Source of the DNA: Deltaproteobacteria bacterium
GTDB taxonomy: Bacteria > Desulfobacterota > DSM-4660 > Desulfatiglandales > HGW-15
Direction of reading: 5' to 3'
Length of the DNA: 40,890 bases
Assembly (NCBI GenBank): GCA_019307805.1
Contig: JAFDIX010000001.1
Span: 1 to 40,890 of the forward strand
Part shown: positions 7,587 through 15,048 of the stretch, piece after piece
Layout of the letters: each line of letters begins with the position of its first letter
Position numbering within the stretch: the stretch's first letter is position 1
Program-made: the position numbers and the translations under genes
The notes under the pieces: model-generated
The model's database searches: none
What the model saw: the letters and a program-made list of their open reading frames with translations, nothing else
What the model was told of the DNA's origin: nothing

Positions 7587-9734
7587 TCAACGGCTTTCCG
7601 GATATATTCTGCAGAGAAGCGTCCTGATATTTGTGGCCCCCATGGCCGGGTCACAACTTTCATAGGCGTTGTCGGTGAGAACATTGATATTGGACTCTGC
7701 CCAACCATGTGCGGGATCCTTTTGCTCGGGGAACCACCAGGCATGTTCCGCACTTACCACCCGGGGGTCCATCCCTTCAATAAATTTGGCCCGCTGCCTG
7801 ACCTTGCCCCGGGGAGATTCGATGACCACCCAGTCACCCTCCCGAATCCCGACCTTCTGAGCGGTATCCGGGTGTATCTCCACCACGGGATCCCTGTGGA
7901 GTTCCCTGAGCCAGGGTACCTGTCGGTTTTCAGAATGGAAAAAACCGGCCATTCGTCTGCCGGTAATGAGGATATAGGGATATTCTTCGAAAAGTTCCGG
8001 CGTGCTGTAAGGGCTCTCCGGAGGTTCCCGGTGCCGGGGCAGGGGATCATAACCCCATTCCTCGAGCTTGGTTGAGTAGAGTTCGAATTTCCTGGTGGGG
8101 GTCGAAAAGCCTTTGTCTTTGTATTTATAATAGGCCACCTCCCCCCGCACATGATCCGTTTTTTGGAATTCCTGCCAGGTGATACCCATGGGTTCCAGGA
8201 CATAATCAAGTCCCCCTTCAAAGCTGTTCCACCAGTGTTCTCCAATGCCGACCCTGTGGGCGAGATCATTGAGCATGTCATGATCCGAGCGGCATTCTCC
8301 AACCTGGATGATTTTTCTCCTGGGCAGGACGTATCCGTGCCTGAGCAGAAAATTCCCAAGGTAATCCATTTCCAGCCAGGTGGCAGCGGGCAATACAATG
8401 TCCGCCAGTTCCGCCGTAGGGGTCAGGAAAAAGTCCGATACCGCCATGAATTCCACCTTCTCGAGGGCACGGTAGACCTCCCTGGCATTGGCCCGGGTCA
8501 TCAGGGGATTGGAACTGACAAAGAAGAGCATTTTAACGGGGTAGGGTTTTTCTTCCAGAATGGCATCCCAGACGCATTTGGGGTTGATAACGGCAAAATT
8601 GGAGGCCAGGCGGAACCTCTCACCACCCAGGCGCTTTGCGGCCTGGGCCTTGCTGAGCTGCTTGTGGGCACCGAACTCTCCAATATTTCTGACCTTGGGG
8701 GGGCGAAACAACACCTGCCCGCCGGGCGCATCGATATTCCCGGTAATGCCCATAAGGGCCATGAGGAGCCGGTTATTGTCTGCACAGTTGATCTGTTGCT
8801 CGATGGCCACACCCCATTGGATCGCAGCAGGCTTGGTGGTGGCGAAAAGCCGGGCTGCTTCCCTGATCTTTTCCCGGGGTACCCATGTGATCTGCTCCAC
8901 CCTGTCGGGAGGGTATTCATTAACCCTTTTTACAAATGGATCCCATCCGTGCACGTGGTTCTCAACAAAGTCCTCGTCATAGAGCTCCTCGTGGATGATC
9001 ACATGGAGCATACCAAGGGCAAGGGCAGCATCCGTGCCGGGTCGTAATTGGAGCCAGACATCCGATCGTGCTGCGACCCTGGTTAATCTCGGATCCACGG
9101 TAATCAGTTTGGCGCCCCTGTTGAGGCTCACGGAAAAGGGTTCCCCCTTGTATTCGTCGGGATTGCTGATGACGATGTTGTTGCCCCATACCATGATGCA
9201 TTGCGGGTGGTTTTCGTAATCCACCACGGGATTGGACCCGCATGTAAGAATCCCGGTGGCAATGCGTGGACCATAACAGAAATGGCCCGCCGTCAGGACA
9301 TTGGGGGTACCCAGGGTATTGGCAAACCGGTACACCAACCCATCGGTCTCCCTTCCTGTCCCGTATCCCATGACAATGGATTCCGCACCGCATTCATCCC
9401 TGGTTTGGTTGATACGCTCGGCAATGGTGTCCAGGGCCTCATCCCAGGAAATCCTTTCCCACTGACCGCTCGCCTTGGGCCCCACACGTCGCACAGGGTG
9501 GGTCAATCGATCCGGGTGGTAGGCTAACTGGGCTGAGGCGATACCCTTGGGGCACAGGGTGCCGTGGTTGATGGGACACTCCGGGTCCCCGGCGATTTTT
9601 TCCACCCTGCCGTCCTTCAAATAGACAAGAACCCCGCAACCGCCGTGACACATTCGGCAGTAGCTTTTTACCACCGCATCAAAACCGTAGACCTCCATCT
9701 CTTTCTCTACATTGGAGTAGGTGAATTCAGCCAT
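7587..9734 (-). CDS. Molybdopterin (bis-MGD) oxidoreductase catalytic subunit, cytoplasmic type, substrate unknown
   Basis: The N-terminal FS0 motif CRMCHGGCGVLVYLKDGRVEKIAGDPECPINHGTLCPKG is present, and length and layout are typical of the DMSO reductase family. AAGGAGA lies 8 nt before the ATG at 9734, which is Met36 of the listed ORF. There is no RR twin-arginine motif and no in-frame TGA. Confidence 0.9.
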   Translation of the reverse strand: MAEFTYSNVEKEMEVYGFDAVVKSYCRMCHGGCGVLVYLKDGRVEKIAGDPECPINHGTLCPKGIASAQLAYHPDRLTHPVRRVGPKASGQWERISWDEALDTIAERINQTRDECGAESIVMGYGTGRETDGLVYRFANTLGTPNVLTAGHFCYGPRIATGILTCGSNPVVDYENHPQCIMVWGNNIVISNPDEYKGEPFSVSLNRGAKLITVDPRLTRVAARSDVWLQLRPGTDAALALGMLHVIIHEELYDEDFVENHVHGWDPFVKRVNEYPPDRVEQITWVPREKIREAARLFATTKPAAIQWGVAIEQQINCADNNRLLMALMGITGNIDAPGGQVLFRPPKVRNIGEFGAHKQLSKAQAAKRLGGERFRLASNFAVINPKCVWDAILEEKPYPVKMLFFVSSNPLMTRANAREVYRALEKVEFMAVSDFFLTPTAELADIVLPAATWLEMDYLGNFLLRHGYVLPRRKIIQVGECRSDHDMLNDLAHRVGIGEHWWNSFEGGLDYVLEPMGITWQEFQKTDHVRGEVAYYKYKDKGFSTPTRKFELYSTKLEEWGYDPLPRHREPPESPYSTPELFEEYPYILITGRRMAGFFHSENRQVPWLRELHRDPVVEIHPDTAQKVGIREGDWVVIESPRGKVRQRAKFIEGMDPRVVSAEHAWWFPEQKDPAHGWAESNINVLTDNAYESCDPAMGATNIRTLLCRIYPESR

Positions 9735-9846
9735 ATTTTTTTCTCCTTTTTCGGCCCAATCGCCAGGCCGCCATAGCTCGCGCTCACTTCTGTATCTGAT
9801 AAAGAAATCACCTGTCAAGGTGAAAGACCCATTAATCAATTGCTTC

Positions 9847-9876
9847 TTGACAGGGTCTATTCCTTGTCCCTAGAAT
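9847..9876 (+). promoter_or_regulatory. Sigma70-like promoter for the aldolase genes
   Basis: TTGACA (9847-9852), an 18-nt spacer, then TAGAAT (9871-9876), ~118 nt upstream of the ATG at 9994. Confidence 0.5.
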
Positions 9877-9993
9877 GTTGCAGTCCCGGAACGACCATGC
9901 GCCGGGTATTGCAAGTCTTTAGTCATTCGGATTTACTCCCGGGATTTCCGGAGAACCAACGGATCCCGGTGATTTGAAAGGGAGGATGTACCT

Positions 9994-10893
9994 ATGGCAG
10001 ATGCAGGGAAGATATTGGAGGCGAGGGACGTATCGGAGATGCCCTCAGAACAGGTTGTTTCCGATGGGAAGAAGTGGATAAAGGGTAATGAGCACCTTGA
10101 CTGGGGGATGCGGAATCGGCTCTCCCGCTTGATCGGCCCGGATGGCCGCTGCCAGTTCCTTCCCATTGATCATGGCTATTTCCAGGGGCCTACGAGGTGT
10201 CTGGAACGGCCCGGGGAGACCATCAGAGATCTTCTCCCCTATGCCGACGGCCTGTTTGTTACCAGGGGGGTGCTTCGTTCCGCAGTGGATCCTGATGAGG
10301 ATACACCGATCATACTGCGCGTATCGGGCGGGACCAGTGTTGTGGGCAAAGACCTGGCCAATGAAATCCTTACCACTTCGGTTGAGGAAATGCTCCGCCT
10401 CAACGTAGCCGCCGTTGGCATCTCTGTTTTCGTGGGAAGTGATTATGAGAAGGAGTCATTGGAAAGTCTGGCACTTCTTGTGAACGAATGCGAAGATTAT
10501 GGGATTCCTGTGATGGCTGTTACTGCGGTAGGTAAGGAAATGGAGAAGCGAACGGCCCGCTACCTGGGGCTGGCCTGCCGCATTGCAGCCGAACTGGGGG
10601 CAAAGATCGTGAAGACCTATTACAGCCCCGAGGATTTCGACAAGGTCACCAATGGATGCCCGGTTCCGGTAGTCATTGCGGGCGGCCCTAAGTGCGAGAC
10701 AGAACTCGAGGTCTTTGAATTTGTATACGACGGCATTCAGAAGGGGGCCATCGGGGTTAACCTGGGCAGGAACGTCTGGCAGAGTCCCCATCCACTGCCC
10801 ATGATGAGGGCGCTCAATGGGGTCATTCATGACAACCTTACCCCAAATCAGGCGGTAGACCTGTATCAGACCGTAAAGGAGGAGCAGGGGTAG
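9994..10893 (+). CDS. DhnA/LsrF-family class I aldolase-fold enzyme (LsrF-like)
   Basis: LDWGMRNRLSRL, PIDHGYFQGP, RIAAELGAKIVKTYY, CPVPVVIAGGPK and GVNLGRNVWQS closely resemble E. coli LsrF and class I DhnA-type aldolases as I recall them. AAGGGAGGA serves as the SD. Confidence 0.85.
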   Translation: MADAGKILEARDVSEMPSEQVVSDGKKWIKGNEHLDWGMRNRLSRLIGPDGRCQFLPIDHGYFQGPTRCLERPGETIRDLLPYADGLFVTRGVLRSAVDPDEDTPIILRVSGGTSVVGKDLANEILTTSVEEMLRLNVAAVGISVFVGSDYEKESLESLALLVNECEDYGIPVMAVTAVGKEMEKRTARYLGLACRIAAELGAKIVKTYYSPEDFDKVTNGCPVPVVIAGGPKCETELEVFEFVYDGIQKGAIGVNLGRNVWQSPHPLPMMRALNGVIHDNLTPNQAVDLYQTVKEEQG

Positions 10894-10986
10894 GGAGTGT
10901 AGGTATTCTGTGAGTCATGCCCTCTGGGCTTAGATCAAAGCCGGACTTTCTAAAGCCGGATATTTACATCTAAAAGGAGGATTCTA

Positions 10987-12282
10987 ATGGCCGGACAAAA
11001 AGGGAACATAACGCCTGATTTTGAAAGGGCACTGGAAGTAGGGCGCCCTCCAAACATTGAAGCGCTTTTTCCCCACTCAAAGGCACTGCTGGTGAGCGGA
11101 AAGGTGATTGACAGGGCCATGCTGGCCAAGGGTCAAGCCATAGCCATAGCGGCCAACGGCAGAAACCATTTCGTCATTCGCGGGGCACTCGCGGCGGCCC
11201 AGCGGGCCAATGCGGGATTGATCCTTGAAATCGCCAAATCAGAAGGGGGTGCCGGTGCCTATTGTGCGGTGAATTTCTGGAATTTGGCCAGACAGGTGGA
11301 CTCCATCTGCAATGAACTGGAAATTACCGTCCCGGTTGCCATTCATGCAGACCATTATGGCATAAAGAGCGATCAGGATATTGAAACGGCCAAGGTGGAA
11401 ATCCCATCCATGTTTGATGCAGGAATTACCTCGATCGCCATTGATGCCTCTCACCTCCCTGATGATGAGAACCTGCTGGCAAGCATTTCCCTTGCTCCCT
11501 GCGTCCCTGCCTGGGCAGGCTATGAAACCGAAGTGGGGGAGATCAAGGGAAAGGAAGGGCTTTCTACGAAGGAAGAGGCTCTCTTCCTCATTCAAGGCTT
11601 AAATGCCCATGATATCTTTCCGGATTGGATCGCACTCAATAATGGGACCGCCCACGGCATTCAAGACAGCGATACGGGCATTCAAGTCCCCTTGACAGTA
11701 GAAATCCACGAGGTGCTCTCCCCCTACAGAGTGTCCGGCGCGCAACACGGCACTTCTGGAAATGATTCCGATCGTATCAGAAGGATCGCCCGGGAAACCC
11801 TTACGACCAAAGCCAACGTGGCCACAGCACTCCAGATGATTACCTGGGGTGTGGAGGTGAATGCATACGGCAATGCCATGTTGGATGAGAAGGGCGATTT
11901 TGTGAAAATGCCGGATGCGGGGATGTCGGATGCACTCTGGTCCGAGGTGGTTGCATATGCCGAGGCGGCCGACATCAAGGGGGGGAATTACAAAAAACTG
12001 AATCTTCCCTTTGAAAACAAGTTGTTGGGCCAGACCAGGGCGGTACGGGAAAGGATGGCCAGGGGGGTGGAAGACTTTGTCTTTACCCTTCTCACCGAGG
12101 TGTTCAATGCCGGGGACACGGCCCCTCTCGCCATTGAGGCCATCCTTGAAGCCGGGACCTATGACATGGGAGCCAAGGGAAGTCCTATCGAAGACCCCGA
12201 CCAGTGGACCGAGGAAAAGATTCGGGAGCGGGGTGCCGCGATGGAGCGGGAGAAAGGTCCGGAAGGGGATTTCGACGACTAG
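10987..12282 (+). CDS. Class II (metal-dependent) fructose/ketose-bisphosphate aldolase family protein, long form (431 aa)
   Basis: AIHADHYG, SIAIDASH, NNGTAHG and GAQHGTSG correspond to the Zn-ligand and active-site strings of class II aldolases. AAAGGAGG serves as the SD. Confidence 0.8.
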   Translation: MAGQKGNITPDFERALEVGRPPNIEALFPHSKALLVSGKVIDRAMLAKGQAIAIAANGRNHFVIRGALAAAQRANAGLILEIAKSEGGAGAYCAVNFWNLARQVDSICNELEITVPVAIHADHYGIKSDQDIETAKVEIPSMFDAGITSIAIDASHLPDDENLLASISLAPCVPAWAGYETEVGEIKGKEGLSTKEEALFLIQGLNAHDIFPDWIALNNGTAHGIQDSDTGIQVPLTVEIHEVLSPYRVSGAQHGTSGNDSDRIRRIARETLTTKANVATALQMITWGVEVNAYGNAMLDEKGDFVKMPDAGMSDALWSEVVAYAEAADIKGGNYKKLNLPFENKLLGQTRAVRERMARGVEDFVFTLLTEVFNAGDTAPLAIEAILEAGTYDMGAKGSPIEDPDQWTEEKIRERGAAMEREKGPEGDFDD

Positions 12283-12285
12283 GTT

Positions 12286-13316
12286 ATGAAAGATAAGCAG
12301 AAAAAACATACCTGGGTCGAGGAGATTCAGGAAAATGCTCAAGTCACCGGGCTCTATCTGGCCAAGGTAAAGCGGACGGCGGTGACCAGAAAGGGCGATC
12401 CGTACCTGACCATCACCCTCTGGGCGATCGCACCGGTGAGGTGGAAGCCAGGGTATGGGACCGGGTGGAGATCTTTAGTTCCCTCTTTAAAGAAGGCGAC
12501 ATACTGGACATTCTGGGACATGCCAGCACCTATCGCAACCGCATCCAGCTCACATTAACCGATCTGAAGGTTGCAGAGGATGTAGGGGACCCTTCTCTTT
12601 TTCTGGAATCAACCGCCCATGATGTTGGTGAGATGCTGGGCGCCCTTCGGACGATTTTCAAGGAAATGCACGATGGGCCTCTGAAAGAATTGGTGAACAG
12701 GTTCCTGTCGGACAGGCAATTCATCTCCCTTTTTAAGAAGGCCCCTGCAGCCAAAAACTTCCACCATAATTATATCGGCGGACTCCTGGAGCACACGCTC
12801 TCTGTGTGCCAAATGAGCTTAAACCTGTCCAGGCATTATGGGCAGCTGGATGGGGACCTGCTGGTCACAGGCGCTTTTCTTCATGATATCGGCAAAGTGC
12901 AGGAATTGAAATATGACCACCAGATTGATTACACGGATGAGGGGAGGCTTCTTGGACATCTTGTCCTGGGTGTGGGCATGGTGGAGGAAAAGGTCCTCGG
13001 CATGGATGCTTTTCCCCGGGAACAGGACAATCTGGTGAAACATCTCATACTGAGCCATCATGGCCAGTTCGAGTTCGGATCGCCCAAAAGGCCTAAATTT
13101 CTTGAGGCCTTTGCCCTTCACTTGATCGATGATATGGATGCCAAAATGAACGGGCTTGGCCGCTTTATGGCGCATGATCGGCAAGATGGCGCGTGGACTG
13201 ATTTCAATCGACTTTTTGAAAGATACTTCCTGAAAAGGAAGGTCACCAGTGCCGGGGGGGAAGAAAAGGCCGAGACCTCCCCGGAGGACAGGCAGGGGGC
13301 CCTTTTCTCCCAGTAA
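12286..13316 (+). pseudogene. OB-fold + HD-domain phosphohydrolase (YhaM-like 3'-5' exoribonuclease family) interrupted by a 1-nt frameshift
   Basis: The N-terminal OB part is in frame 1 (12286..; ...KGDPYLTITL). The rest is in frame 3 (GDRTGEVEARVWDRVEIF... then the HD motif FLHDIGK and SHHGQFEFGSP). The frames switch at tGGGc, 12421-12425. Confidence 0.75.
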
Positions 13317-13595
13317 CCATCATCCATGTGAAGGGCCCTTTTCTCCTCTTGTCCGGCCGGGGAGCACTCGCGGTTCCTTTCTGTCACCCTCTCACCGTTT
13401 CCGGGTTATAATACAATAATATCAGTTAATTACACAGCATTTTCAGGGCTGTTTCGAGATGCCCGGGGGAAGGTTTGGTGCCGAGATATGGGCCGGAGAA
13501 TAGGCTGGAAAGGGGGTGCGGCACCCCGGCACTTTTGCTTGCGTAAAAAGGAGGCCTGTGATAAGAGGATTTGATTTATCTATAAGGTGATATGT

Positions 13596-14015
13596 ATGGC
13601 CATAGAGGCACACCATTTTCTTGTAAAGACCACGGCTCAGACCGATATCGTCGATATCACTCCCCAGGTGACCCAGGAAATTTCTCGGTCATCCATTCAG
13701 AACGGAGCCGTTTCCCTTTTCATCCCGGGGTCCACAGCGGCGCTCACCACCATAGAATATGAAAGCGGGGCGATCAGTGACCTGAGAGAGGCTATTGAGA
13801 GGATGGCCCCGGAAGGCCTGTATTACGAACATAATGAAAGGTGGAGAGACGGGAACGGGTACTCCCATGTGCGTTCCGCCCTGCTCGGCCCATCTCTGCA
13901 TATCCCCATCATCGACGGTCAAATGACCCTTGGAACCTGGCAGCAGATCGTGCTCTTGGATTTTGATAACAGGCCGAGGGAACGCCGGATCATTGCACAA
14001 TTGATTGGAGAGTAG
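13596..14015 (+). CDS. yjbQ: YjbQ/UPF0047 family protein (secondary thiamine-phosphate synthase-type)
   Basis: TAALTTIEYESGAISDL, NGYSHVRSALLGPS and MTLGTWQQIVLLDFD are family-typical. AAGGTGA lies 5 nt before the ATG at 13596, so I prefer this start to the listed GTG at 13587. Confidence 0.85.
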   Translation: MAIEAHHFLVKTTAQTDIVDITPQVTQEISRSSIQNGAVSLFIPGSTAALTTIEYESGAISDLREAIERMAPEGLYYEHNERWRDGNGYSHVRSALLGPSLHIPIIDGQMTLGTWQQIVLLDFDNRPRERRIIAQLIGE

Positions 14016-15036
14016 ACATTTGGTAACCAGCTCCGCCCAAGATCCGCCCCAGCAGAGTAAAAAGTTGACTTTTCCAGACCCGGAACTGGTGCGGATGCTC
14101 TATGGTGAACACAATACCCACCTGGGCATCATGGAGAAAAGCATCGGGCTCTCGATTCATGTCCGGGGAACCCGGATGACACTTCAGGGGGGAGACTGGG
14201 AGGTGGAGCTGGCTGAAAAGGTCCTTCATCAGCTTTATGATCTTCTTCGGAAAAAATATCCCATATATCCCAATGATGTGGCCTATGCGATCAGGATTTT
14301 GAGCGCTGATGCGTCCGTGGATCTCAGGAAGATCTTCATGGATAGGATCTATATCTCATCAAATAAAAATGTGATTTCGCCCAAGAGTCTCAATCAGAAA
14401 CAATATATCGACAGCATCAGGAAACACGATATTGTTATTGGGATCGGCCCTGCAGGAACAGGGAAAACATACCTTGCCATGGCCATGGCTATTGCCAATC
14501 TGGGCAAAAAAACAGTAAAAAGGGTGGTTTTGACCAGACCTGCAGTGGAGGCAGGAGAGCATTTGGGGTTCTTGCCGGGAGACCTCTATGAGAAGGTAAA
14601 TCCATATCTCAGGCCCCTCTATGATGCTCTCCATGACATGATGGCCTTTGAAGATGCGTCTCGCCTGATCCAACGGGGCGTCATAGAGGTGGCCCCACTT
14701 GCATTCATGCGGGGACGGACCCTAAATGACTCCTTTGTGATTCTGGACGAGGCCCAGAATGCAACAACGGAACAGATGAAGATGTTTTTGACAAGGCTTG
14801 GGTTCAGTTCCAAGGCGGTCATTACCGGGGATGTGACCCAGACGGACCTCCCGGCGGGAAAACCCTCAGGGTTGGTTGAGGCCAGGGAAATTTTACAGGG
14901 GATTGAAGGCATTCAGTTTGTTTATTTTAACCGGGATGATGTGATTCGGCATCCTTTGGTTCAGGAAATTATTGATGCCTATGACAGGGTGGAGCACGGG
15001 AAAAAAAATAATAACAGGAATGGGCACTCTTCCTGA
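14005..15036 (+). CDS. phoH: PhoH-like ATPase (YbeZ)
   Basis: The Walker A is GPAGTGKTYLAMAMA, followed by LTRPAVEAGEHLGFLPGDLYEKVNPYLRPLYDAL. The start (TTG at 14005) is uncertain. Confidence 0.9.
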   Translation: MESRHLVTSSAQDPPQQSKKLTFPDPELVRMLYGEHNTHLGIMEKSIGLSIHVRGTRMTLQGGDWEVELAEKVLHQLYDLLRKKYPIYPNDVAYAIRILSADASVDLRKIFMDRIYISSNKNVISPKSLNQKQYIDSIRKHDIVIGIGPAGTGKTYLAMAMAIANLGKKTVKRVVLTRPAVEAGEHLGFLPGDLYEKVNPYLRPLYDALHDMMAFEDASRLIQRGVIEVAPLAFMRGRTLNDSFVILDEAQNATTEQMKMFLTRLGFSSKAVITGDVTQTDLPAGKPSGLVEAREILQGIEGIQFVYFNRDDVIRHPLVQEIIDAYDRVEHGKKNNNRNGHSS

Positions 15037-15048
15037 GCGGATGGAACC

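Noticed and set aside
7587-9734. Selenocysteine-containing molybdoenzyme.
   Set aside because: The ORF is uninterrupted with no in-frame TGA, and a Cys occupies the likely ligand region.
13297-13346. 14-nt direct repeat GGGCCCTTTTCTCC (13297-13310 and 13333-13346) spanning the stop of the OB/HD gene.
   Set aside because: It is probably a small slippage duplication or part of a weak palindromic terminator (AAGGGCCCTT). It is too short to interpret further.
13528-13542. Sigma54-type promoter GGCAC-N-TTGC upstream of yjbQ.
   Set aside because: The GG-to-GC spacing is one nucleotide off the canonical -24/-12 distance, and there is no supporting enhancer-binding context.
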